Source: Elsinoe ampelina
Taxonomy: Eukaryota
Assembly: GCA_010093995.1 (NCBI GenBank)
Contig: ML992510.1
Span: forward strand, 1,334,326-1,383,303
Reading direction: 5' to 3'
DNA length: 48,978 nt
Below the pieces are notes generated by a model. It was not told where the DNA came from. It did no database searches and saw nothing but the letters and a program-made list of their open reading frames with translations. The translations under genes were made by a program, and so were the position numbers. Shown here in pieces: positions 12,301-24,100 of this stretch (its first letter is position 1; each line of letters begins with the position of its first letter).

Positions 12301-15300
12301 TCCGGCGACTTTACCATTGACCAGTAATTTACCCGTCAGATACTCGAAGCTGTACATGTCTGTACCAATCTGACGGTGAATCCATTTATCAGATGACGGG
12401 AGCACCGACGCGCGAGTTTGTACCACAGTTGTGGTAGATCGATCCGGCGATGTCTGAGTGTCATTGGCTACGCAATTGGACCATAGTACCTGGAGTGCCT
12501 GGGGATACTGCTTCATGGCCAAGCCGATCATTTGCTCCAGAGCTGTAGTGCTGTGAGCGTCTCGGGTCAGGAGACGCTTCAGGCGAGGAGGAAGAGAGGC
12601 TACTTGCGCTGGCATACCTTCCTGCAAACGCAAAGAAGCTTCGACCCATACGGCAAGCGACGGTTCACTCAATTTGACGGACGAGAAGTGTAACAGAGAC
12701 TGGAACGTCATGCGGCAAAGTAGCGCGGTGTACGCAGCGCTCTGAAGTAAGACTTGAGCGCCATCGGGGTGCTCTACCGCATTACTCTCGTCGCCGAAGC
12801 TTCTTGTCCAGTCCAAAGTGATCTTCTGGATCCTCCTGAGTAGAGATACCATCTTCGTCTTTGCCTCGTTCTGTCCCAACGCCAAGCATCGTAGCGACAG
12901 TGTGATCAGTAATTCCATGCAGTACAATTCTCCTCGATTCGACGATATACTGTCAAGTCTGGTGTCAATCTGCTGTGACAGACGATCGGTGAAGCTGACA
13001 TCTTGGAAGATGGAATGATATTCCCGCAACGGTGTATCAAGTGACCCAGGCCCAGCTTGAATAGCAAGTGAACTCACGAGCAGCATCGTATCTTCGGAAG
13101 AGAAGTTGAGATTCGCGGCTCCTAGTTCAACGAGGATGGTAGGCCATCGCAATCGTCGAGACCCGAATAGTCTTTGCTGCGCAGAAAACTCGTGCACTGT
13201 CAGCGTTCGTGGGCATACAGCACGATTTGCCTGTATTTGGTATGAAGAAAATTCAGTCCAATCCAGGACAGAGACCCACGCGGGTGCCTGAAGGATGTCT
13301 TGGATTGTCTGGGGTATGAAAAGGCCACAATGATGGAAGAAAGTCAGATTCGTGACAACGGATGACAAGTTGTCCATCCACTGGGAAGAATGACGATCGA
13401 AATATTCGAATCTTGGACCGAATCGTTTCAGACAACTACTTGCGTTCGCGCTGGCGTCCGAGAGCTTGTAGTGCGTATTGAGATGAGATTTGATACGGGA
13501 CGCAAGGGTGATCCGTCCATCGCATCTGTTGTACGGTCTCAGCTGACGATAGTTTCCGAGCATGAGTACTGGCTTCCCTCTCTTGTCTGGTATGCTATTG
13601 GGGCGCCCATAGTCATTTATGATCTTCCATGTACTATCTTTGTACTGTCGTAAGAAATCCGGCATTCCAAGTTGAAACGCGATGATACATGCAGTGATAT
13701 CGTCGTCAGGCAAAAAATCCTCGTGGACCAGAATTTGTAGTCGTTTCCTAGTCCTCCAGTGCCAGCATCTTGTGCAGCCCTTGACGTTTCTCGATCCGTC
13801 TGTATTGAAGGTACAGGTGCATTCGGTCTGATCGATCTTCTGTGTTAGTTCTGTATAGCGAGTGGAAAGCTGCTGCCATTCCCATTCTTTCGTTTGGCGT
13901 GCGGAGTTCGAGTCGCGCCGCACGCATCGAAGGAGGTCTTGCAAAGATTCAGATGACATGCAGTACTGGTAAGCAAAGCTGTTCTTGCCGGCGGCGCTGA
14001 ATATGGTCGGTCTCTCCGGGTCCGATTGATCGCAGCGGGTTTTCAAGTAGTTCTGAACTCTTGCAAGACGAGTCATATCAGCCAGTCGCGGAAGCTGAAG
14101 CGTATCGAGTAAATTAGGAGTGAATGCTGGATGATATTTCTTGACCAATGGACAGACGACCGTACAAGCTGTGTCCATAGTGACCCACATCTCAAAGACG
14201 GTCAGTAGCATGGAGCTCATGAGGCAAGGGTCACCGTCATAGGCCCCATTGATCGTGCATGTATAATCCTCGATTCGTCCCGCCATGTACAGCACGCGAT
14301 TGTCCCAATCTCCCTGCTGTGAACCAATTTCAGGAGGCACATTCTGTGCACGCCGATCGTGTTCCTCCAACTTCATGTGCAAAGACACGAGCTGTTGAGA
14401 CTCTGTAGGCTCTACCATCGACTCCATCAGCGAGTCGATCATAGGACGTTGAGCTGAGATGGCAGGTGGCGATTGTAGAGCTTGATCCAGATATTGACCA
14501 CTGTTGTGTAATGCAAGCTTTGTCTCTTCGACCGAGGCTCGTAGTGGCATGAGGGGAACAGGCCGAATCGTCTTGCGTCTGAACTCTGCCCAAGAGTGCT
14601 CGATGAATGTCGAAGCGATGTCAACAGACATTCGGACTCGTTCAAGAATAAGGCGATAGGCTTCTTGCAAGTCATCATTGGCCACGCCGATGGCTGTAGA
14701 TAGTTCCGAAGTAAGCTTGGCCATGCGCCGACAGATTTTGGACTTGAGAAGGTGCACAGACTCGGGAGCTAGCTGATCCACTGAAACTCGAAGCAAGTCA
14801 CTGTGTTGGACTGCCATGAGAAGTTTGTACAGGATGCGTCCAAATCGAGCACCTAGTGTCAGACAGAGATATCGCTGCGCCGCAACGCGCAGGACCAGCC
14901 AGAATGGATGCCGCCTCCACGGTATCCCAGTCTTCAAGAAGCTGACATCGTCTCGAATTCGTTTTCGGAGAACGGGTACCTCAACAGCAGATCCTACAGC
15001 CTCCAGGATCGAGAATAGCATCTCCGCTATCAGTCCAGGTGCGGTGACATCCCGAGTCTCTGTGACCGTGCCTGCAGCTTTTTGCACTGAAGCTTGGAAT
15101 CTTTGTACATCTTCCATGCTTGCTCGTTCCAAAAAGATAGCGAGAGTCGCTCGAAATGTTGGATCATCCATGACAACCATAGGGATACGTACAGCCCGAC
15201 CTGGAAAGTCCCACTGCATGCCATCCGCGGCTCGAAGGGCGACTTTGCATGGAACACTGGTCTCAAAAACTTCAAAGATAAGCCCAAGCTCGTCTGTACT

Positions 15301-15703
15301 GTATTGCATGTCAGCTAAGCTCCTTACATGGTTTGGTCAGCCTTCACTCTGTGTCTTGCCGAATGATGATAGCAGCATTCTGCTTCGAGACATGCAGGAC
15401 TATGAAGGTTTGGTTCCGAATCTCTTCGAAAGTGTTCTCAAGCCGACGTCTGTTGAGATGACCAGAGTGGAGCTCTGTTGCCATATTCAAGGAATGATGG
15501 AGAGTTTGAAATGCTTCGTGCCATTGGACAGGCACCGTCTTTGCCATGAAGTCGCAAGCGGAACTCAATCTCCTTGACAAGCTGGTCCCGACATTGTCGA
15601 CTTCGTAGTCCTGCTGCACGGGGAGATCGTGCGGCAAGACAACATGGTTGAAAAGCTGTCGACAGTTTACCATGTTGGAGTCGAGTACGAAATCTTGATT
15701 CAT
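6369..15703 (-). CDS. Giant DUF3638/DUF3645-family P-loop (SF2 helicase-like) protein, about 3,079 aa, three exons (15703-15348, 15298-6904, 6857-6369)
   Basis: N-terminal FNHVVLPHDLP and RKRIRDDV..PWRRHPFWLVLRV; GHENWDPSEYPDWLLIE; Walker A-like QMNMGQGKTSVI; DVIDESD; KRWNVQYGL..AVPFEAKGVPSERAEFGHPDV; GFSGTND; YLDECHTRGVDLK; QAAMRLRQL; EVEQEREVE. GT-AG introns 15299-15347 and 6858-6903 join the ORFs in frame (9240 nt total). Confidence 0.9.
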
Positions 15704-16579
15704 TCGAGGAGCATGTAAACAACGTTTGTGGCAGACACTGAGGAGATCACACGGTAGTATCCTGAGAGCAGTCTTCTATATATTTATATATGGATATGAA
15801 AATCAAGATCCCGAGTCTCAGGATGCACATGAGTGTCATCGCGTCTGGAATCCACCATACCACGCTGGGCTTTCAAGTTTGTCAATTTTTGGAGACCCAC
15901 GCGCAACCGGCGCGAGACGCTAGTAATGCATGCTAAATTCTGCGGCCTGCCCACTGACGCCACTCAGGATGACTGGTGTAGTGCAGGATATAGCGACCCA
16001 AACCCAATCGTTACTTTCATGCATGCAAAGATCCGCGTCAGGGTACGAGGATGCGTTGTGGCCGTCTCCTCTGCCCGATTGTACGTGAACGCTGACAAGA
16101 ACATCTATAGCTCAACCATACAGAGGCTGTAGCCAGTATCTGTCATCTTCCGTATTGTCTCAACGCACGATCGCGCGATCGTGGGGATGGTGAAGGGCGA
16201 AGCGAGAGTGGGCGCAGCTGTGCAGTGCATTCCACCAATGATCATCGCACACGTAAAGTGCAGCTATTTCGGAACGCGTCTCAACAAATGCACCAAGCTC
16301 AACCTTATCCCATCCTCCCAGAGGGTAGCTAACTAATGCATGATACCATTTCCAAGCAGCAAAATTTGCCATGACACTGTCGAGCCATTTGTCCAAGGTG
16401 GTCATGCAAGTCGTTCACGCTGAGCAGACTAGATTGCATTCAATTCGTCGAATCCTAATTTTAGCGGATGTGGTCAGGTCTCGGGTAGTTGCACTGAGTC
16501 CGGTGCTTCCGATAAGTGACCGTCGTAATACTTGGCGTGATCTGACGGATATGAATGCCAACGCTGAAGATGAACGCCT

Positions 16580-17824
16580 CTATCCACAAGTTGGCCCCTC
16601 AGCAGCTCGCAGTGCAGACAACTTTTCGATCAGATCATTTGAGTCGTATGATATATTCTGAACAGCCAAAGCTTGTTCGTTTATGACGTCCGTGTCGGTG
16701 AGGTTGTCACCACCTGTGAGTAACAGGTGCGTCACTTCGTTACTAAGGTGGCTCAAGAAGGTCTGCCGAGCTTCAAGTATCTCCATAGCAACATCGATGG
16801 CGTTTTCCTGCAAAGCTCGTATACTGATCTGATTAGACACCCCTCTCGCGAAACCCTTACAGACTTACTTTGTATTGCTAATATCTGTGGAACACAACGC
16901 GACTGCGCCGATCGAAAAGCGAGACAGAACACGACACCAGAACTTTCCTGCTGCTAGATTGTTCTTTATCGTTGTCCTTCGTATCTGCCAACTGTGAGGG
17001 CTACGTGTCGGGGAGGCTTTCTCATACTCTTCGCTCATAGTATCGAGTACTTCGCTTGCGCGACTGCGCCTCGAAGCCGACCGTACTCCCATGACAGCAG
17101 TGACACGTTCCTCAAAAGCTTTGCATAAGTATGCTAAGTACATGCGCAGAACGATGGTGGTCACCACACCCCTATTCTCTAAGACGTCGATTGCCTTCAG
17201 GAGATCGTTTCCGGACATGTTGTCATTCGGCAGCATAAAGTGTGTCCTGTGTCTTAGCACTGGTAGTGCCCTCAGCAATCGAGATAATATGCCTGGACTC
17301 CCGAATGATACAACGAGGAACGTGAGATATGGAGGGTGCGTCGTCCCGGCTGGCAGCTTCGTAGTCAGTTGACAGTGAACATCTTGGGCGCTGGAATGGA
17401 TGCGGAAGGCACGGTCGTAGAATGTAGAGTGTCCCGTCGTGCGACGCTTCTTGACGACATCACTCACTTTGGCAGATTGGCCCCCAGAAGTCTGTTGCGA
17501 TTGTGATGGTGTGAGTGCCATTGACGACTCATCACCCTGCTGTGAATCTTGAGAAACTTCGCTGCTGGACCATGGAAAGGCGACAGACTCGCTCGAATAG
17601 ATAGAGGTTACGCTCGAGAAGGGTTCATTACGATGACAATAATCTGAGGCCACAGAACAGTTCCAACCATTCGCTGAGTCTTCGCTCGCCGGCATTGCGC
17701 GAAGGGTCAGAATAGTTGCTTGGAGCACAAGCTCCAGTTGATCCAGTACTGTATCTGGAGGTTGACCTTGATTGGTGGTCATATAATAGTAGTCCGAAAC
17801 TATCCTTCCACGAAGTGCATTCAA
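16580..17824 (-). CDS. Spliced hypothetical protein (Ser/Gln-rich N-part, helical C-part with NLAAGKFW..LSRFSIG motif)
   Basis: The 319-aa ORF is joined in frame to ORF 16580-16840 by intron 16824-16868 (GTAAGT...CTAAT...CAG). Start codon uncertain. Confidence 0.7.
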
Positions 17825-18247
17825 AGTCTGTTCGGATTACCTGCTGCTCATGCGTGAGATTTGAGAGATCATACGGGAGTGTTGTCGAGGCTGAATGCCA
17901 TTGGGGGCTTGAGCTGTCAAGCTTGTGGGAGCTCGTGACGATGAAATTATGCGGTAAGACTATCTCGTGATATATGTCTGGTTGAGGTCATAGACAAAGT
18001 AAGCGAAGATGCACATCCAAAACAGAGTGGCTGTGCTTGCATGGTGTCGCGTCAGTAATAAAGCTGGATTTGTGATCAAAAGCCTGTCAAGACGACATCC
18101 GACATTCGCGTTCTCGAATTTGGACATAGCTAGGCACACACACATGGATATCAAGTAAATACAAATCTGGACACCTACTGCAACGAAATTATGAAGCGCG
18201 CTTGGCCTGACTTGGTGTCGACAGAGTGTGATGAGACAGTGTAAGAT

Positions 18248-18825
18248 ATGCCGCGAGATTTGGAGGCGGACGCATACTCATTCGCAATGTCCAGCGCTTC
18301 TCCGAAGCGATTGAGGGTCGACGGTGTAAGTCAGCACGACCAAGCTATACTTCTAGACACTTCATTGATGCTTCCCAGGTCAGTGCAACAGCATTGGAAT
18401 TAGATGGCACTAATCGAGCCGAGCCATACACCGTGAAAATGGAGGCACCTGCTGAAGCAGTAATCCATGACCTCAGTCGTGGTCCTGCCGCCAGATTCTA
18501 CCGGCACCCCCAAAGATCTTCAGCTGCTCGAGATCTGCCAAAACAAGCAGAGTCAGATGCGGAACAGGTGCAGGGAACATCATGTTCGACAGGGGCATCA
18601 AAGAACGTGAGCCAAGCCATTTACAAGAACATTCTAGAGCTGGAAGAAAGAATCAAGATCGGAGAGCGCGGTCTGGGGAGCTTGGTTGCGCAACTATCGG
18701 ACATTCAAGCAGCTATAGAGAAACGTGTTGCGGCATTGAGAAGGCTCAAACTGGAGTTGCGGGCGGAAAGGACTCGAAAGAGTGAGCTTGAATATGAGCC
18801 AACATTGACGGGGATCGACGCATGA
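18248..18825 (+). CDS. Small protein with C-terminal coiled coil
   Basis: ATG at 18248; intron 18326-18378 (GTAAGT...CCCAG) is in frame with ORF 18394-18825; heptad-like ILELEERIKIGERGLGSLVAQLSDIQAAIEKRVAALRRLKLEL. Confidence 0.65.
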
Positions 18826-18864
18826 AGCTATCCTCGCTGCCACAATTCGTATGCTCACCAAGCT

Positions 18865-19417
18865 TTACACCACAATGCTGTAGATATGTCAGAAATCAAG
18901 GTCATTTTTGTGGTAGCAATAAACACACCCAAGTGAGGCAGCGATCGGTGACCAGATACCTACCGCGCCGCGACAATCGATCCACACGGCAGCAAGAACT
19001 GCTTTAATCGTATCGGCTCTCAGCACTGGCGCGACATCGTTGTCCCCTTGGGAGGGATTCGTTGCGATGCACATGTCTAGGGTGGATTGCCGCGTCAGAT
19101 CCGCCAGGGTCGATTGTGAGACGCGCGCTTGGACATTTGCGGAAATATCTCCTGTCGTGGTTTCAGTCTGTCCTTCTTTGCACTGCAGGACTCCGCATAC
19201 CTTTACTGGATCCACCTTGATAGCTTTCGAGAGTGACGGTGAAATTGATCACGGACAGTCCCACCAACGACAAACGTTTGTTCCCATCTGGTATGATTCT
19301 TCCGCGAATAGGTTCGCCGGCTCCGGGAGCTTGGAGGGCTTCTTTAAGCAATTCTAGGTCTTCGAAAGAGTAATTCAGGATTTGCTGCGCCCGGGAGGGG
19401 TCTGAAAGTCTTGGCAT
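18865..19417 (-). CDS. Stand-alone RNase III-domain protein, about 150 aa, with catalytic residues substituted
   Basis: ILNYSFEDLELLKEAL..DGNKRLSLVGLSVI...NPSQG..LRADTIKAVLAAVWIDC follows the RNase III fold pattern. Introns 19152-19200 (GTATGC..CAG) and 18878-18928 (GTGTGT..CTGAC..CAG) give a 453-nt in-frame CDS ending AASLGIVV*. Confidence 0.85.
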
Positions 19418-19959
19418 GTTGTCCACAGCGTGCCGGTGTTGGCGAAAGGCGTGCCGATGTTAGTGAGTGTTAATGACCAGAGGAATATTGCAAGCATGAT
19501 GGACATTCATATAGTAGTGCAGCGACTGCGTACGATCGTTGTATCTGCGGGGAGCGAGAACAGCCTGCTTGCCAGATTGGCAGGCCGGATTGGAAGGTAC
19601 GGTAGAGCAACGGAATTCGGCGTCAGAAGCTGCCGACTAACATCGTAGTCGGGATTCCTCGACCGCATCTCCTTCCAGAACTGACTACTTTCTGGACGCC
19701 CAAAAATTGGAGAATACTCATAATGCTTGGCTAATAGCTCAAGTCGCATTGCGAGTGAGCGATGGAATCACTTCGGGATTCATTACCATCTCGTAAAGAG
19801 TTGCTTAGATGCAGCTAAACTTCGTACATATAATGAATAGATATCTTCAGCGTAGAAATGTACGAGTCCATAATCCGATGCTGATATCCTTGCGGGGGAA
19901 TCATGGACGTCAGTACAATCTCTAAAGCGCAATTCCTCTCCTTATTGGCCAATTGTGTG

Positions 19960-20850
19960 CCACAGCCTAATTCGCAGAAAGACTCCAGTCCTGAAATGGC
20001 AAGCGATCATGCACGATGAAATGAAGGACGTCCAATGGAATACAGCCACCTCGTGCTGGTGCGAGAGCAGTGCAAACCAGCGGAGCGACGCTCGCTTTGG
20101 ATTTTTTAGTGTGGCCACATAGGAGCCAAGTGACGTCATCTGGCACAAGTAAATCAACAAGCAGGAGCTCTGCAATCTCCACAGCACTATTTTTCACCTG
20201 GATCAGTATTCAGTGGTGACATCTAAATCATGAACACTGCAGTAGAGGCTGTTCGTACTTCTGCCTGTATTTTACCATTCGTGATGATCATCCTAGATAG
20301 CTTAAACGAACGCTCCAGGCGACCTATCAATACTCCGAGCGCGCCCGACACGGCAATTCGTCTCAAGACATACGGTACATTGTTCGCGGAGGAAGCTAGG
20401 ACGGCAAAGAGAATCGAGCGGATGGAGAGTCTAGGCAGCTGAAGGGTCTAGGTAGCTGATTCCAGGGATTGAAAATGTCTATAAGCGTAGGAATACCACT
20501 GATTATCGACATAGGGGGAGCAGACGAACAGTACGCATGACAACATGAGCAAACAGGGTCAGGGCGAGACCTGGCAGTGTTGTGTATGCCCATGACCAAT
20601 CTGTTGAGACATCTGACACGCGAACCGTCTGCTCTAAGAGGATGATCAGGGCAGCTACGAAGGCAGCCCAGAACGCAAAAACGTAAAGGCCACGGACGTA
20701 GTACTTGCGGGGACGGTCGAGGCTCCAGTAAGACCCCGAGATTGCAGGAGGCGTGAAGCTGGCTTTGAGAGCTTCGTCGGCGAGCAGGTGGTACTGCCTC
20801 ATTGAGCTGAGGTCGTTCTGCTTTGTTGTGGCGAGGTCGACCTCCATCGT
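19960..20850 (-). pseudogene. Frameshifted membrane-protein gene remnant (possibly DUF3433-like)
   Basis: Hydrophobic segments YVFAFWAAFVAALIILL and WAYTTLPGLALTLF. The frame is broken downstream, including by a 17-bp-period duplication at 20429-20459. Lies just beyond the LINE 3' tail. Confidence 0.4.
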
Positions 20851-21000
20851 GATATCGTTTAAGACCGTGTCTCTTCTCGCTGAGGTATATCTGGACTGAG
20901 GGTTATAGATATCTCAGCACTCCAAGCTTTTTGGTGGAGGAGGAAGAGACAAGGCGAGGAGCAAATGAGAGCAGAGAAGGGCGAGAACCCTAACTACAAG

Positions 21001-21022
21001 TTGATTGATTGATTGATTTATT
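21001..21022 (-). repeat. LINE 3' tail: AATAAA plus (TCAA)4 microsatellite
   Basis: Plus strand reads ttgattgattgattgatttatt, about 175 bp beyond the ORF2 stop. Confidence 0.85.
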
Positions 21023-21196
21023 CTTGTAAGCTATAGACAGGCTAGGTGCTTTACGTTATCATTCAAGACATATCCTCCACTCATGCACCCCTCATTTGTA
21101 AGCTAACTCAACCCGAGGGTAGTTGGTCATCCTCGAACTGTGATGGCTCACTTTGTCAAAGCAGAGGGATACTGCTTGCTGTGCTTTCACAGCACT

Positions 21197-24100
21197 TCAC
21201 CGACTGCCTTGGCCCCTTAGACTCACAAAGTAGTTGTTAATTGTGTTTGTCTGAGAGGGGCGCGGCCTACAGTCTTCCTTGGCCGTTCTGGTTGGAGGTG
21301 CCTGCATGCGAGTGGTTTGCTTGAGAAACTCGATGCTTGCCTTAACAACCCTCATGTTCGCGGCCCATTTCTCCTTGGGACCATCCAGGAGTTTCCCAGT
21401 AAAGGGGTTGATCCTCCCACTCCATCCGCCGAGTAGGTACGACAGGTCGCCCTGTCGTGCCCCAGCGGCCTCCCTTAACACAGCCCTTTGGTCTGTCCAA
21501 CGTGGACACGTGAGCATCACATGGTGTACATCTTCCCGCAACGCGCCACATTCGCACGATGGGGACGCTGTTCGGTCAATTCTTGCCTGAAAGGAGTGGA
21601 GGAACGTGTTGCCTGTCCTTGCCTGAGCAAGGATAGCTGCCTGTTCTCTAGTCAGGTCCCCATACAGCTGAACAGTGTGTTTACCTGGCAGAGCTCTATC
21701 CAGCATGTATGTGTACGCGCCAAACTTTGGCTGCCGTGCTGCTTTCTGAGCCTGCCGGATGTCTTTGCCGATGAGAGCTGTAACTACCTTACGCTCGCGG
21801 ATGCGAATCAGCGGGTCTCGGCTAGGTTTCAGCCCTGGTCGTGTCATTGTCTTTGCTAGCGCATCTGCTGCTGTGTTGCCGTCAATATCCCGATGAGCAG
21901 GAATCCATCTGAACTCCACCTTCCAGCCATCCTCTGTCGCCTTCTCTAGTGTAAGGAGGAGCTGCTGTACCGCCTCAAACGTGGCAGCACTCCCTCTCCT
22001 CCTTTCTATCTGGCGGAGTATGGCCTTGCTGTCAGTGAAGATCCAGATCTTGCCCTTCCAGCTGGTCCTATTGCATACAGCCTCAATCCCTAGCGTCACT
22101 GCTTGGGCCTCCGCTGATACTACCGAGCATGTGGATACCCAGCCTATAGTCTCCTTAGTACAGATTGTAAGGGAGTCATCCAGTCCACACTGTCGTGACA
22201 CTACAGCCACTCCTGCTAGTCGGTTCCTGCACGACGCGTCTGTGTAGAGCGCTATGTGATTTTGACCGGAGGACCGCCTAGCAACTATGCTATTATGTTC
22301 CTGAATTGCTATGTTCTCCTCATCAACTGAGCGGACTGTAGCTAGCTCCCTCCAGGGGCAGGGACCATAGCTCTGTCGGACTGTAGGTCCAAAGGTGGTG
22401 TCTAGCCGTATACGCTTATTGTGACGCTTGAGTGTGGATCCAATCGGGCTTATGTACGAGCCCTTGCCATCGATCAAACGCTGCCATGTAGGTCCAAGGA
22501 AATGTGTCTGCGGCATCGACGCTGCCCTTACCGCTATTGCAGCCACCTTGCGTTCTAGTCTTTCCTTTGTCGGTGTGATGTTTGCCTCGTCTACTACAGC
22601 CTCGTAGGATACTGTTCTGAAGGCTGCTATCACTAGGCTGGCGCCTAGTTTATCTACCGCTTTAAACCGATCCAAGGCCCCTGCATAGCCGGTCTTGTCT
22701 TTGGCATACCACACTGCCCCCGCGTAGTCGATCTTTGTCTCGACCACTGCCTGGTAGAGCTGGCGCATCTGGCGTGGTCGAAGGCCTCTTACGTTTGTCA
22801 ACTGGTGGCATGTCCTCATCGCTTTGACAAGTGTCTTGTTTATGTGGCTGCTCATTCGAAGGCCGCAGTCAAGGTGTACGCCCAGAATGCGGAGGGTTTC
22901 CTTTGGTTGGATTGTCTGGTCGAGGAAGCGTAGCACCGATCCTGTTTCTGTTGTTCCTGCTGACATAGGTCGCACAAAGTGGATAAGCCCTGTCTTTTCT
23001 GCCTCAAAAACGGCGCCGCTCTCCGCAGCCCATGCCTCTGCGTGGGGGACTACCAGGCGTTGAAGCTCCGCTGTGGCTGATTCGATACAGTCTGCCGATG
23101 TCCATGCTGTGAAGTCTTCGATGAAACCGATTGTACTGCCTCTCCTTCCGAGGTTAAGGTCGACTAGGTTAGCGTTGTAGAAGGTATACAGGACCGGAGA
23201 CATCGGCGACCCTTGAGGGATTCCCGCGTGCTGTATCGGTGCTACCTGTGACAGAAAGTTGCCTATCTGGATCGCTGCTGATCTCTCCGAGCAGAAGGCT
23301 ACAATCCACTGTACTAGTTTAGAGGGGATGCCTCTTTCCCGTAGCCGTTCTCCTAGGATCCTCGGGAACACTCCGTTGAAGGCTCCTTGGACATCAAACG
23401 TCACAAGGGAGACGACCCTGTTCCCCCTCCATGCCTTGTGGACTGCAATGACTAGCTTGTTAATAGCGTCCTCGCATGATCGTTGTGGTCGACCCCCGAA
23501 GTGACTTGCTGGTAGTAGATTATACCTCTCAGCCAGGTAGGACAACCTCCTGGCTACAATAGCCTCAAGGCCTTTGCTTAATGTACTTAACAGCGAGATT
23601 GGACGGTAAGCCTTGGGGACGGTGTAATCCGCCCTACCAGGCTGCCGGATGACCACAATCTTGGCCATTCTCCAGTCCTTGGGGATGTAGGTCAGGTCCA
23701 TCGATGCCTGGTAGAGCCATCGGATCCAGTCGCTAGTGACAGGGAGAACCTCTTGCCAAATCGCAAAGGACATCTCGTCGGTGCCAGCGGCCTTCTTAGG
23801 ATTCGATGTCATAATGGCTTCGCGGATCTCTCGGAGGGATATTGGGGCTTTTGTTGTCGGAGGCCTCTCCTCTTTCCTTTGAGATTTCTGTTTTAACCAT
23901 GCCCGAGTGTTCCTCGAGTGTGGTTCTGGTTGAGGCGGTACTGGAAAGAAGGTCTCCATCAGGAGTGATGCTTTGCCCTCGTCTGTTTCGGCCGTCTGAC
24001 TGCCCTTACTGAGTTTCGGGATCTGCAGGGACGTGTTTGCTAGCTTTGTGTACTGGTTGGCTTTCCACACATTGCTAGGGTCTTCGAGGAACTCCCTCCA

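Noticed and set aside
14816..15577. 253-aa plus-strand ORF and other ORFs overlapping the giant gene or the LINE ORF2
   Set aside because: Antisense or alternate-frame shadows of well-supported genes.
16580..19417. A single gene fusing the RNase III domain to the downstream minus-strand ORF
   Set aside because: The spliced RNase III frame ends at TAA 18865, and a plus-strand gene lies between them.
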